Assembly (NCBI GenBank): GCA_963793265.1
Contig: CAWBZI010000002.1
Location: 416,001 to 480,000 of the forward strand
Length of the DNA: 64,000 nucleotides
Direction: 5' to 3'
Source of the DNA: an uncultured cyanobacterium
GTDB lineage: Bacteria; Cyanobacteriota; Cyanobacteriia; Phormidesmidales; Phormidesmidaceae
A program made the translations under genes and the position numbers. The notes beneath the pieces are model-generated. The model did not search any database, had not been told where the DNA came from, and saw only the letters and a list, made by a program, of their open reading frames with translations. Shown in pieces: positions 8,440-19,500 of this stretch. The first letter of the stretch is position 1. Every line of letters begins with the position of its first letter.

Positions 8440-10409
8440 TCTCGAAAATCCTCCTCATTGATCGGCCTTTCTAGCTTGCGATACTCCGCCCTTGCCGCTG
8501 TCAGCACATGCCGCATACCCACCGCCGACTTCTCTTTCGCCGCTAAAAAAGCAGAGTTAATAGCGATCGCATGAATATTTCCCCCCGTAAAATTCAGCCT
8601 TGCCAGCCGCCGATAGTCCAAATCTGCTACTGGCGTTTGAGCTGGAAACACCTGCTGCCACAGCCGCAGCCGCTCCGCTCGTGCAGGCACCGGAAACGTA
8701 ACCACAAACCGCAGCCGCCGCAAAAAAGCCGTATCCAGCGAACTGCGCAAATTCGTCGCCAAAATCGCTAGCCCCTGATATGCCTCTAGCCGCTGCAACA
8801 GATAGTTTGTTTCAATATTCGCATAGCGATCGTGAGAGTCTTTCACATCGCTCCGCTTGCCAAACAGCGCATCCGCTTCATCAAAAAACAAAATCGTCCC
8901 GCCATCTTCTGCCGCATCAAACAGCTTCCGCAAATTCTTCTCTGTCTCACCAATATACTTACTCACCACCGCCGACAAATCAATCCGATACAAGTGCAGC
9001 CGCAGCTCATGAGCAATCACCTCTGCCGCCATCGTCTTCCCCGTCCCACTCTCCCCCGCAAACAAAACACTCACACCCAGCCCCCGATTCATCTTCTGCC
9101 GAAAGCCCCAGTCGTCGTACACCAGCGCCCGCTGTCGCACCTGCTCAGCAATCTGATGCAGTAAAGCTGTCTCCTCGGCAGGTAGAACAATGTCGTCCCA
9201 GGTTGCCTTTACCGTAAGCCGCTGAGCCAAGTTGTCGAGCTTAGGTCGCGTTTTGTCCAGGCAGGCATTCCAAATGCGGGCTTCATTTAGCGAATGAGGA
9301 GAGGGTTTCTCATCAGAAGGGAGTACGGTAGAGGCAATATCAACAATGTCAGGCGCGTTGAGGCAAAACTGACTGGCAAGATGAGTCGGAATCGGTTCCG
9401 AGTCTGGGCCGAGAAGAAGCTGCCATAGCGATCGCTGCTCAATAGACGTAGGCTTCGAGACTTCGACAGCAACAACAGCCCTACCCAGCGAAAGCCCTTT
9501 ATCTGGCATATTAATAAAGCAAATGCCCTGGCACCGAGAAACAAAATGCTTGAGCGCAGTCGCCTGAGTGCCCTTGGCATCTATGTCCGAGCCCTCCAGG
9601 TAGAGTGCGACCGGTAGCAATAACGTTTCACGATGCCACAGACGTGCCAGCGCAGTTAGTTCGCTCGATTGAACCGGTAACTGTTCAACCGACAAGCGAT
9701 AAATTTGTCGCCCCAACTGGTCAGCCACTGCTTGAGCAATCTGTTCTTGGCTAGTGCTATCGGGGCCTAAAAGCTGAAGAACGGGATAAGGGCCGGGGTG
9801 TTGCTCTGATTGGGTGAGGGTGTCGATGATTTTAGTCATCGTCGCCTGTTGAGAGGTCGGTAGCGCAGCAGGTGCAGCAGGTAGCCATGACTGAAGTGGA
9901 CTCACCAGCTCAAAAAGGCGACTGTCTAATTTGTTGACGCCCTTGAGATAGTTCACAACTCGCATATCTGCACGCAGAGGGCTAACTGTAAGCGGCGTTG
10001 TGGCGTTTAGCGTTACGTCTATAAGCTGCCAGTCGCGCAGCGTCCCATCGGTCATCACCACTGACCAATCGGGCTGATCGAAGAGCGTAAGCGCAAGCGC
10101 AAAGGTAGGGTAAGGGCGCTGAGGATTATCTTGCGCTTTGGCGCATAGCGGCGCAATTTGAGTGTTTAGCTCCACAGCCGCGCAAAGGAGCAAAAGCTGT
10201 TGTTCAAAAACAGAGAGATCAAACCGTTGGGCTAAAAAAGCAAGCGCTGGGACAAATTCGTTGTCTGATTGAACGCTAAACAGTTCGGTTGTAGGGCGAT
10301 CGCCGCCCGCACTCTCATTCACCGCTACCTGATATTCCAGCATCGCTTGCAGCCAGGCGATCACCTCACTCAAAAACCGATCGTTCTGTTCTATCCACCG
10401 CTCCCCCAT
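8436..10409 (-). CDS. eCIS AAA+ ATPase (Afp15/Pvc15-like)
   Basis: Walker A GESGTGKT, Walker B LFFDEADALFGKR, VVSKYIGETEKNL, DRYANIETNYLLQR; N-terminal winged-helix-like region. Confidence 0.92.
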   Translation of the reverse strand: MGERWIEQNDRFLSEVIAWLQAMLEYQVAVNESAGGDRPTTELFSVQSDNEFVPALAFLAQRFDLSVFEQQLLLLCAAVELNTQIAPLCAKAQDNPQRPYPTFALALTLFDQPDWSVVMTDGTLRDWQLIDVTLNATTPLTVSPLRADMRVVNYLKGVNKLDSRLFELVSPLQSWLPAAPAALPTSQQATMTKIIDTLTQSEQHPGPYPVLQLLGPDSTSQEQIAQAVADQLGRQIYRLSVEQLPVQSSELTALARLWHRETLLLPVALYLEGSDIDAKGTQATALKHFVSRCQGICFINMPDKGLSLGRAVVAVEVSKPTSIEQRSLWQLLLGPDSEPIPTHLASQFCLNAPDIVDIASTVLPSDEKPSPHSLNEARIWNACLDKTRPKLDNLAQRLTVKATWDDIVLPAEETALLHQIAEQVRQRALVYDDWGFRQKMNRGLGVSVLFAGESGTGKTMAAEVIAHELRLHLYRIDLSAVVSKYIGETEKNLRKLFDAAEDGGTILFFDEADALFGKRSDVKDSHDRYANIETNYLLQRLEAYQGLAILATNLRSSLDTAFLRRLRFVVTFPVPARAERLRLWQQVFPAQTPVADLDYRRLARLNFTGGNIHAIAINSAFLAAKEKSAVGMRHVLTAARAEYRKLERPINEEDFRE

Positions 10410-11711
10410 CTATCCAGACCCTCCAGGCACCGTCACCCGATAAGCCGGATCGAACCGCAGCTTGCCATCAGGCGATCGCACTACCAGCCCACTATCCACC
10501 CCATCTACCCGCACCCGCAGCCAATACTCACCTGCCGCCACATCCTTCAGCCCAAACTCAAGCGCACTCACCGGCTCTATCTCATCAGCCTCCCACTTAT
10601 AAGCAATCTCTTGGCTACCCAACAGCAGCGACACTTGCTGCCCCGGTCGCACAGCAGGTTTACAGTCGAGCGCTATGCGAATAGCTGAAACGCGAAGTGT
10701 ATCTGGATTGATAGCAGGCGCGATCGCCACCGATAGCGCATTAGAAAGCTGAGTGCTATCTGCTTGACCGCTGTCTGCTTGCCCATAGCGCAAAGCCACC
10801 GTATAAAAGCCAGCTAGCCATGACGGCTGAGTCTCATCAGGGAGCACAACCGTAATCTCATTCGGTGCGGCTGACGGCGGCAGCGGTATTTCAATCGGGC
10901 GGCTCATCTGTGGATGCTTGAACCGGGCAAATGCATTGTCTCCAATATCATTCAGGCGGTTCCCTTTTATCGTAAGCGCGCCGCCTACAACAAGGCCAGA
11001 TTGTTCACGAATGCCAGGCCAGCTTAGCGATTGAAGCGTTGGGAAAGGTGGGGTAAGATCGGCCTGAGTAAGAACACCGCGATCGCCTTCCCCCCGAGCC
11101 ATCACTGGCAAAGCCGCCTTCACCGGCACTCCGCTCTCAATTAGCACTACAGAGACTTCATAAGCCGCTGAAATTCGATACGGCGCTTGAAACGTTGACC
11201 ACATTTTAGAAATCTCTTCCATCGAGAGAATCTGTGGCGTAACCCGCACCCGCTCAAGCTGATTTTTTAAATTGCTGCTCACCAAAATCTCTCGCTTATC
11301 AGGCGACAGGTTAGGACTATCCACAGCCTGTTCAATATCTCGCGCCTTCACCTCAGGATGATCGTGAAAGCGCTGCATCGCCATACCCAGCAGCCGTTGC
11401 CCCTCAATATCATCATCGTTTTTACCATAGGCCGTAATCAAATACGACAGCGTTAGCGCCAGCGGATCTCTTCCAGTCTCACCCGGTTTTACCCGTCCTG
11501 GCACCGACCGATTACGCCAGGCCGCATTCGGCAAAATCTGGTACAAAAAGATATTGATCTGGTTAGTGCTCTCGTTACCTCCTCTGGCCTTATCGAGCGG
11601 CTTGGCAGTGACGCTTTCCAGACTCACAACAGCATTACTACTGGCCAGCGACTGCGTGAGTAAATAGTCGAGCATGGTGGTAACAGCCGCGATCGCTAAA
11701 GCATTACTCAT
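10410..11711 (-). CDS. DUF4255/Pvc16-like tail terminator protein with C-terminal Ig-like domains
   Basis: MSNALAIAAVT, INIFLYQILPNAAWRN, LALTLSYLITAYG, EEISKMWSTFQAPYRISAAYEVSVVLIES, WLRVRVDGVDS. Confidence 0.85.
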   Translation of the reverse strand: MSNALAIAAVTTMLDYLLTQSLASSNAVVSLESVTAKPLDKARGGNESTNQINIFLYQILPNAAWRNRSVPGRVKPGETGRDPLALTLSYLITAYGKNDDDIEGQRLLGMAMQRFHDHPEVKARDIEQAVDSPNLSPDKREILVSSNLKNQLERVRVTPQILSMEEISKMWSTFQAPYRISAAYEVSVVLIESGVPVKAALPVMARGEGDRGVLTQADLTPPFPTLQSLSWPGIREQSGLVVGGALTIKGNRLNDIGDNAFARFKHPQMSRPIEIPLPPSAAPNEITVVLPDETQPSWLAGFYTVALRYGQADSGQADSTQLSNALSVAIAPAINPDTLRVSAIRIALDCKPAVRPGQQVSLLLGSQEIAYKWEADEIEPVSALEFGLKDVAAGEYWLRVRVDGVDSGLVVRSPDGKLRFDPAYRVTVPGGSG

Positions 11712-13369
11712 GACGATTGGCCTCCCCGCTGCTTCAGATAGTCTTGTAAGGAGAGCGACGGCTGACGCTGTTTTCTGCGAGACGGTTTGGGCGATGGCTC
11801 AGGCGCAGTTACGCTCACCTCAATTCGCCCAATTGTGACTTTTACGGGGGGAGCGTCTGCTTTGTTGTGGGGGGGAAAGGTAGGTGATCGCTTTGAAACA
11901 GCAGTGAAGAGAGAATTGACTTCAGTGGTTGTGGCTGTATAGGGCTGTATGGCTTGTGGAAGGGAAAGTGTGGGTTGGTGAGTAGGGGATTGTGGCTGAA
12001 GTGGGGGAGTGGGGGCGGGCGATCGCGCTAAAGATTGAGCGCGGTTGGCCTGAAGGCGGATAGCCTGAAGGTGTAGAGGAGAGGGAGCTAAGAGATTGTT
12101 TGCAGTTAAAAGAGCGTTCATTGTCTCTGACGAAGGTTGAGACGTAGGGTTAATAGCTGATGAGCGGGTTACTACTGCTTTCGGCGGCTCATCTGTTGGT
12201 TTTTGGTGCAAAGCTGCCGCAGATTCTAGGATTTTAGGATTAGAGTCTATCTCTATCGGCGTAGCAGGCTGCGGCAAACCGCTCAGTCTGGAAGTGTCTG
12301 GGTGAGCAGTTTGCGGCTGAGAAGTCTGCGGCTGAGAAACTAATGATTGAGCAATCGACGGCTGAGCAACTGATGGCTGAATAACTGAGGGTCGAATAGC
12401 TGGCGGCTGAATAACTGACGACAGTTGAGCAACTATTGGCTGAACAACTGGCGGCTGAGCAGTGGTAGGAGCAACTGACGATTGAATAACTGGTGGTTGA
12501 GCAACTGACGATTGAGCAGTTGTCGGCCGCTCAACTGGCGGCTGAGCGGCCGTAGGAGTAATCTCAACCTTGCAAAAGTCCTGACCAGGGCTATCGCTAC
12601 CGATACCTAAATCCGATTGTGTGCGATCTGTCTTCACTACTTGATCTGACTCTGTTCTATTGCTACTAATTACTGAGCCCTCTTGTGGTGGAGCCATCCT
12701 GTTCGACTGGGCGGAGTTAGGTAGTATTGGGCGATCGCTAGTTGTTTTCACCGCTGAATCATCTAAGCCGGGCTGCTCAGAAATCAACTGTTTCGGCACC
12801 ACCTGTTCAGATGCTATTTGAGGTGTCATTCGTTCAGAAAGCTGATGTTCAAAAAGCACTTGCTCAGACGATACTTGCCCAGCAGATAGCTGGCCAGAAG
12901 ATCTTCGTTCAAAATCCCCCCTTTCAAAAGATCGCGGCCTTCCCTCCTCTCCTTCAGATCCTCCGGCCCCCTTCTCCCCTCGGGAGAAGGGCTGGGGATG
13001 AGGGCTCGACATATCCATAACCGCTCGACCAGACCGATCAGCAGACGGCACGGCAGAAAAAATATCAGCAACCGTTAAAGCCGGTTGCTCCGACAATGAT
13101 TCTGAAACCAGTAAATCTACTTCAGACGCATCAATAAACGGTTGCTGTGAAGATATTCGCTGCGGTGATGATAGGGAGCTTGATGCTGACAAACCAAACG
13201 TTGCAGATTCAGTTGAAGAGCCAAAGACTCCCAAAGAACTAGCAGGTGGCGGAACTTTCGAGTCGGCCAGCAACGGTTCTTCCGATGAAAACACACCAGG
13301 TACAGCGGGCCAAATGCCAACAGGCCCCACCCAAGTTCGCTCTATCAACTGTGGTAGATAGTCATTCAT
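11708..13369 (-). CDS. eCIS-associated long low-complexity (Ser/Pro/Gln-rich) protein
   Basis: Structured-looking ends (MNDYLPQLIER; PPVKVTIGRIEV...SLSLQDYLKQR) around a disordered middle; 4-nt overlaps with both neighbours. Confidence 0.7.
   Translation of the reverse strand: MNDYLPQLIERTWVGPVGIWPAVPGVFSSEEPLLADSKVPPPASSLGVFGSSTESATFGLSASSSLSSPQRISSQQPFIDASEVDLLVSESLSEQPALTVADIFSAVPSADRSGRAVMDMSSPHPQPFSRGEKGAGGSEGEEGRPRSFERGDFERRSSGQLSAGQVSSEQVLFEHQLSERMTPQIASEQVVPKQLISEQPGLDDSAVKTTSDRPILPNSAQSNRMAPPQEGSVISSNRTESDQVVKTDRTQSDLGIGSDSPGQDFCKVEITPTAAQPPVERPTTAQSSVAQPPVIQSSVAPTTAQPPVVQPIVAQLSSVIQPPAIRPSVIQPSVAQPSIAQSLVSQPQTSQPQTAHPDTSRLSGLPQPATPIEIDSNPKILESAAALHQKPTDEPPKAVVTRSSAINPTSQPSSETMNALLTANNLLAPSPLHLQAIRLQANRAQSLARSPAPTPPLQPQSPTHQPTLSLPQAIQPYTATTTEVNSLFTAVSKRSPTFPPHNKADAPPVKVTIGRIEVSVTAPEPSPKPSRRKQRQPSLSLQDYLKQRGGQSS
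12300..12550 (-). repeat. Degenerate 15-bp (5-aa) tandem repeats (V/I)(A/I)Q(P/S)(P/S)
   Basis: Recurrent ggctgaataact/ggctgagcaact/attgagcaact units; protein TAQSS VAQPP VIQSS ... VIQPS VAQPS IAQSL VSQPQ TSQPQ. Confidence 0.75.
12966..13005 (-). repeat. REP-like/small dispersed palindromic repeat inserted in frame
   Basis: CCCTTCTCCC(12969-12978)-CTC-GGGAGAAGGG(12982-12991) perfect hairpin plus CTGGGGATGAGGG; encodes SPHPQPFSRGEKG. Confidence 0.65.
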
Positions 13370-14127
13370 TCTCCGGCCCGATCAACTCGATCTAAATAAA
13401 ACTGTCGTCGCACGCCGCTCATCGCTAAAATATCCGACTCTCGCCAGCCATAGAAGCGAGCCAGTATATGCACTTCTTGCAAAAGCTGCTTCGCCAGGTT
13501 AGTCAGCTCCGCCCAAAAGAAAGAGACAATATCAAACAAACTTTGCCAGCTATGGTCACAGTCCGGGCAAACCAAAGGCATCAACACCTCTGCCTGCGGA
13601 TCGTGTTCTATCATTTGTTCACTAATCTGCATCCGCACCGATCCTGGCAGCGCCTCTATATCCACCGCTTCTCCCTTATATTGGGCTGCTACCAAACAGC
13701 GAGAAAGCAGCTGAGCAGATGATGCTGCAATATCACTTACAGGGGCGATCGCGCCCAAATCATAGCTATTCGGCAGCCGAAACTTAATCTGATAGTCCTC
13801 CTGAACAAAGTCATACACCGCTGCTGTTCCTTCTTCAGCCAGCTCAACAACAGGCTTAGAAAACTGAATATCAGCCACCGACAGCCCAAACTCTAGCTGA
13901 CACTGACACTCGGGGCAGCTTGTCATGCTGTTGAGCTTAGGGCCAAACGTCAGCGATCGCAACTGCAACAGCCCCGCATCCCGCTGCCCCACACTCAGCT
14001 CAGCAAGCTGCACATCACTCCCCTGCGGATAGGCCACACGCAGTAGCAGCAAAGCCTGTTCTAAAGGATGCCGCCGCTTCCCCTGCTCCCAAACGGATAA
14101 AATTTGAGCCGCCGAAAGCTTGCGCAT
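13366..14127 (-). CDS. eCIS T4-baseplate-like/tail assembly chaperone protein with two CxxC motifs
   Basis: LSVGQRDAGLLQLRSLTFG, CPEC, FRLPNSYDL, DPQAEV, CPDC, EVHILARFYGWRESDILAMS..RRQFYL; directly follows the tube gene. Confidence 0.8.
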   Translation of the reverse strand: MRKLSAAQILSVWEQGKRRHPLEQALLLLRVAYPQGSDVQLAELSVGQRDAGLLQLRSLTFGPKLNSMTSCPECQCQLEFGLSVADIQFSKPVVELAEEGTAAVYDFVQEDYQIKFRLPNSYDLGAIAPVSDIAASSAQLLSRCLVAAQYKGEAVDIEALPGSVRMQISEQMIEHDPQAEVLMPLVCPDCDHSWQSLFDIVSFFWAELTNLAKQLLQEVHILARFYGWRESDILAMSGVRRQFYLDRVDRAGE

Positions 14128-14169
14128 ACAGGATAAGCCCTATGTAGATTGGTTCTAACGCCTTCTCTT

Positions 14170-14700
14170 CTATGCCGGTTCTAAAAACGAAGGCTCCCCA
14201 GGCTCAGCCATATCATAATCTCGCTCCCAGCCCTCATTTTGCAGCGTAATCATCTGGATCGCGACCGCATTCGCATTCGCATCCAGCTCAGGCATCGCCG
14301 TAAATTCCGACACCCAGCAGCGATAGACCTTGTACGAAATCGCCACCTGCCCCGCCTCATTCATCAGCTCGATAATAATGTCTTTGCGAAAGTCTTTTAG
14401 CGACACCTCAGCCCCTAAGCCCGAGCCATAGTTCCACACCTTATTGGCCCACTGCTCAAAATCTCTATCGTGCGTCACCCCGCGCTCCAAAGAGATCGCA
14501 TCATACTTAGTCGGCCCCGGCGAATTACGCTTACTGCTCGGATCGCCTCCTTCTCTATGCTCAATTACCTCAGTCGTTCGCTTCAGCGCCCCCACCTTAC
14601 TTATTCCGGCCACATAGCGACCATCCCACTTCACGCGAAACTTAAAATTCTTATACGGATCAAAACGCTGCGCGTTAACAACAAACTGAGGAGCAGGCAT
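14170..14700 (-). CDS. Contractile tail tube protein (T4 gp19/Afp1-like)
   Basis: RFDPYKNFKFRVKWDG, TEVIEHREGG, ISLERGVT, WVSEFTAMPELDANANAVAIQ. Confidence 0.95.
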   Translation of the reverse strand: MPAPQFVVNAQRFDPYKNFKFRVKWDGRYVAGISKVGALKRTTEVIEHREGGDPSSKRNSPGPTKYDAISLERGVTHDRDFEQWANKVWNYGSGLGAEVSLKDFRKDIIIELMNEAGQVAISYKVYRCWVSEFTAMPELDANANAVAIQMITLQNEGWERDYDMAEPGEPSFLEPA

Positions 14701-14751
14701 ATTTGAAAATTCTCCAAGATGTAAAAACGATGAATGGTCTAAATTCGATCC

Positions 14752-16314
14752 CTAAGTCGCAATCTCACCCGCAATCTGCTGAAACTTCAAGATCACAAAC
14801 TCCGCAGGCTTCAGCGGCGCATACCCCACAACAATATTCACAATCCCCTGATTAATATCATTCTGCGTCGTCGTCTCCTTATCGCACTTCACAAAGTAAG
14901 CATCTTTAGCCGCCGTTCCCTGAAAAGCACCCTGCCGGAAAAGATTGTTCATAAACGCACCTACGTTCAATCGAATCTGAGCCCAAAGCGGCTCATCATT
15001 CGGCTCAAACACCACCCACTGCGTCCCCCGATACAAACTCTCTTCCAAATACAGCGCCAGCCGCCGCACCGGAATATACTTCCACTCAGAAGCAAGCTGA
15101 TCGTTGCCCTGCAACGTGCGCGCGCCCCATACCACCCGGCCAGCCGCCGGGAAGGCCCGCAAACAGTTAACCCCCAGCGGATTAAGCTGTCCGTTTTCAT
15201 CATCAGTCAGCGGCACGCTAAAGCCCGTTACGCCGTTCAGCGTCGCATCCAAACCAGCAGGCGCTTTCCACACGCCACGCTGCGCATCAGTGCGGGCCAT
15301 CACCCCAGCGATCACACCACAGGGCGCAAACGTTCCCATCTGATTTTCTCTCAGCGCATCCGGCTTTCGCAGCCGAGGAAAGAACACCGCTGCATTCTTG
15401 CTGTTCGTACCCAAAGCACCTGCGCCATCTCTAGCTAATGCAACCGATGTCCAGCTCGAAGGTGGATCAACAATCATCATCGCCCGCCGTTTCTCACAGT
15501 AGGCGGCAGCAGTAGTCACCAGCGGCGACTCAACATCATCACCAGCGTAAGGGGGAATACAAAGTAGATTGAACAGATCGGCTTTTTCAAGCGCAAACAG
15601 TCCTGTCTTTGCGCCCTCTTTGCCCGTACCAGTAAAGTCATTGGTATCAATGCTATCACCGTCTGCGCCAGGCGTTGTCACTGGGCTGCTGGCCGCATCG
15701 TCAGTCCAAATCGTGCTGCTAGCGCCTTCACTGTGTTCATCCGGTCGATTATCACCTGTGTTATCGATTCCGCGTACTAACATAGAACTGTTTTGCAGCA
15801 CAGCATCCACCTGTCGAGCACTGTCTTTTGTTGAGACGTTCTGAAAGGTTTCTGTTACACCTGTTTTGGTATCACGTATTGTCAGGTTAAAAAGATCACC
15901 ATCGTCTAGCCCGTAACGCTCTGCGAGCCCAGGCATGTCAACATGGCTAATGCGCGCGCGTAGGCTGTTTCCCCAAGCCCCAGCAGCAGCAGCGTTCAAA
16001 GCCAGCCCATTAGCATTTAAAGAGGCGGTAGAATTCTCGCCCGTTTTCTCATGAAACACTCTTACTATCACGGCCTGCCCGCCGCCGTTCAAGAAAAAGT
16101 CTTGCACCGCGTAGCCGAGATTGCTCTTACGCCATAGTCCACCAAAAATACGTTCAAAGTCGCCGTAGTTGTTGATAGTAACGGGCTCATCAGTAGGGCC
16201 GCGCAGCGCTCTGCCGATAAAGGCCGTAATCGAAGTAGCTACCCCTGAGATGGTTCTAACGCCGCTGGGCAGCTCTTCTACATAAACACCAGGATAGGTT
16301 GGAGCAGTTGGCAT
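14752..16314 (-). CDS. Contractile tail sheath protein
   Basis: PTYPGVYVEE, TSITAFIG, RGVWKAPAG, LNPLGVNCLR, WGARTL, WKYIPVRR, WVVFEPNDEPLW, APLKPAEFV. Confidence 0.97.
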   Translation of the reverse strand: MPTAPTYPGVYVEELPSGVRTISGVATSITAFIGRALRGPTDEPVTINNYGDFERIFGGLWRKSNLGYAVQDFFLNGGGQAVIVRVFHEKTGENSTASLNANGLALNAAAAGAWGNSLRARISHVDMPGLAERYGLDDGDLFNLTIRDTKTGVTETFQNVSTKDSARQVDAVLQNSSMLVRGIDNTGDNRPDEHSEGASSTIWTDDAASSPVTTPGADGDSIDTNDFTGTGKEGAKTGLFALEKADLFNLLCIPPYAGDDVESPLVTTAAAYCEKRRAMMIVDPPSSWTSVALARDGAGALGTNSKNAAVFFPRLRKPDALRENQMGTFAPCGVIAGVMARTDAQRGVWKAPAGLDATLNGVTGFSVPLTDDENGQLNPLGVNCLRAFPAAGRVVWGARTLQGNDQLASEWKYIPVRRLALYLEESLYRGTQWVVFEPNDEPLWAQIRLNVGAFMNNLFRQGAFQGTAAKDAYFVKCDKETTTQNDINQGIVNIVVGYAPLKPAEFVILKFQQIAGEIAT

Positions 16315-16577
16315 AAAAGTGTCCTCAAAATTAGCAGTTTATTTACAAGGTTCAAATCAAAATGTAGTCAAGGTTGACTGATACCGAACCATCTCAGCTA
16401 TGGCAGCGGTAGTCGCACCGACGAGTTAATATTTTAGAACAACGTCTGATCTACAACAATCTAAACGGCGATCGCACCTTCGCATACAAGCATTCTCAAA
16501 ATTGTTGGAAAACATAACAGAACTAAACGAGTAGGTATTGAAAGCAATAGTCATAAAAAAGCAGGCGTTGTATTCAT

Positions 16578-19500
16578 TTAAGGTTGAGATTCAATTATTT
16601 GCGGCTCTGTTTGTGACTCTGAGGGAACATCAGGACGCTGTGCTAAGCCAAATACTACGGCAATCACTAGGGCGATCGCTAAAAATCCCCACGCCCACAG
16701 CGGCAACCTGCCTTGGCCTTCTCTACGCTCTTGAGCAAACGGAGCGCGTTCGGAAACAGCCGCTGTCGCAGGTGGTTGAGGTTCAGTGACTAAAGTCTGT
16801 ACAGGTCTTGTAGGCTCAGATGCCACAGGTTCAGGGGAAATAGGTTCAGGCGTAGCTGATATAGGCACAACAGGTTCTGGCGATGGCGACCCGTTACCAG
16901 AATTAGACTTGCCCAAACCCGTGCCAACAACAGCAATTGTAAGAGCGGCAAGTCCGATCGGATTGGTGAAGTACTCTAGATGGTTGCAGGCAACCGGCAG
17001 ATGAATAGGCGCAGGCGATCGCCCCTCTGGCACCGCAGTAATACTCTCTACCAACACCGCAATATCATTAGGCTGTCTAAAAAACGGCAGCTCAGCCACT
17101 TTCCCCAATCTACCGAGTAACCGCTGCTTCAAACCCGCCGTTTTATCCTCTGGAATCAAAGACGTATTCCCTACTACCAGCGTATAGGGCACCTTTGGAT
17201 CTTTCGCCTTCGCCAGCTCCGCCAGAAAGTCCGACCCCGGCTGCATCTGATCGAGTGACACATCGATTGTCTCAATCCGCTTCAGCAATCCCTCTAAAAT
17301 TTTCAGCGGCGCAGCCACCAAAGAGAGCCCGTTAATTGCAAAGCTCACGGCGGCAGTAATTCCCGCCTGCATCTGCGGCCATGGCGATCCGTTGTTAGGC
17401 GTTCCTAACATAATTAAATGGTTCACCACCTCACTACCGCCCTCCTGTTCAATAAACCACCGAGACACCAGTCCGCCCATTGAATGCGCAACAATATGTA
17501 CCGTCTTCTGATGGCCTACGCCTAGTCCGACCGCCTCTAGCCGCGCTTTTAGCAATCGGGCGTTGGTGTCAATCGTTGTATTCAAGTTCTCATAGTCAAA
17601 AGCTAGCACCAAATCATACAACTGTCCGATTGGCGTCTTGCTATCTTCTAACGTCGCCACCGCTGACTCCAAACTTGGCAGCATACTTTCTGTATCACCA
17701 AAAATCCCGTGGATATAGATAGCAATATTTTGGGCTTTCGCTACCTTCTCTCTTATCGTTTCAACCGTTCTCTCGTAGTTAACTTTAGCATCTTTCAACT
17801 CTGCAACTGTCAGTAACGGATACTCAAACGACAGGCCAATTGTCTTACTCAGGCTCTCTCCTAGTTTCTTAGTCGCCACCTTTTGAAAAAAGATGCGAAT
17901 AGAACCTGTTACGCTACGTCTACCTTCACTCACGGGCTCAGGAAGTCGCTCAATAACAATCTGAGTTTTCCCCTCTGTTGTTTTGCCATAGCCCAGCGGC
18001 AGGTAGAACTCACCATCGTAGGCAACTGGCAAAATATATTCACCTTCATTCAAAGGCACTTCTGTTTCTATTCGCAGCGGATTCTCAGGCGTGACTGCGG
18101 CTGAATCGCTGACGTTGTTGAGTTCCAGAGCGCTGAGGCCAGGGTCGCTCGCGCGGCTTTGCGCAAATTGAAAAGGCACTGTCTCATTTTGTAAAATTGG
18201 TGGCAAAATTGCGCTACCCAAATCGCGAGTAGACTGTGAGACTGTTGTAAGCCGGACATTTGCACTGAACCGAGAATGCGGCTGAATTTGAACGGTGCTG
18301 TTAACAACAGTAGGTTCAGACTGGCTAATTGGCGTCGATAGCTGAGGGCGCACGAAGGTGAACGCAACTTGGCTGGTCACCCAGTCATCGTAAGCTGTGG
18401 TGTCTTCAGCAAAGCCAATGTCTCGCGTATTGACCCGCTGCATTAGGCGGTTGAGGCTACCGGCAGCAGGCAGCGATCGCATCCCACCCCCACTCGCAGG
18501 CTGTCCCAACTCATCTAACGACATCAAAGTCGGATCGAACTCATCCGTACAGGCGATCGCCTTCAAAATATCCTGACTTTCCGTAATCCCCTGCTGCCAC
18601 AGCACATCTTTAATCGTGCCGTTCAGCGGAGCCCCATTGGCAAACCAGATCTCTTGTTCAGGCAGCAGCCGCGTCAAGCTCACCACGCTATCCGGCTTTA
18701 GCACTACCGCGTTAAAGCGTTCAGTCAAATAAAACAGCGCACAGTAGAGCGTTCTATCACTCGTATTTCGCAGCTTGAGCCGAAAGCGCGGCGGTGTCCA
18801 CGTATCTTGCAAGCGGTTGTGCCGGTAGCTCAAGCGAATCTGAGCGTCTGTTATCTCTGTCGCCTCTTCGTAACTAGGCTCATCACCCGAATAGATCTTG
18901 ATTTCAACCGCGCCTTGAATCTGACTGCTCGCTGGACTTGCCAAATCCGCAATTGTCTTCCAGCGCGCAATATGTTCTAAGTCTTTCACGACTTTTGTCA
19001 CATTCACCGTGTCGTAGCCCGCAACAGCAGTCACCAGCGGACGCTGCTCGGCAACAGAGGTGATCGTATACTCATCGCCCTTTGCCACGACTCGATAGCT
19101 TGCACCTTCTATCTGATCGGTTGCTTGCACATAGAGCGAAGGTCGGTTGCCGGGAGCAGCGATCGTGATCGCCTGTCGTAACATCTCAACCCCCGCCGCC
19201 TCACCTTCTATAAAAATGCTAAGCGGCGGTAGCGGTGATGAAACAACAACTGCTTTAAAAGTCTCCGTAGTCTCAGCAGTCTGAGAAATTACCCCACTAC
19301 CCTCTCTATCCACAATCTGACTGTATTGAGGCAGTACCCGAGTGATATTTACTAAACCTAATGCATTTGAAAAGTCTTTAAGCTGCTCGGCTTGGCTGTC
19401 AAAAGGGAAGAGCGCAAGTACCGTCGATTCCTCACCGACTGCTGATCGGAGGCCGTGAATCGCACCGCCGTCTATTGCCCAGCCATGGTCAGGATGACGA

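Noticed and set aside
1..16314. Prophage or type VI secretion system
   Set aside because: No capsid, portal, terminase, integrase, TssJ/L/M or ClpV in the window; DUF4255, Afp15-like ATPase, DUF4157 and DUF6519 point to an eCIS.
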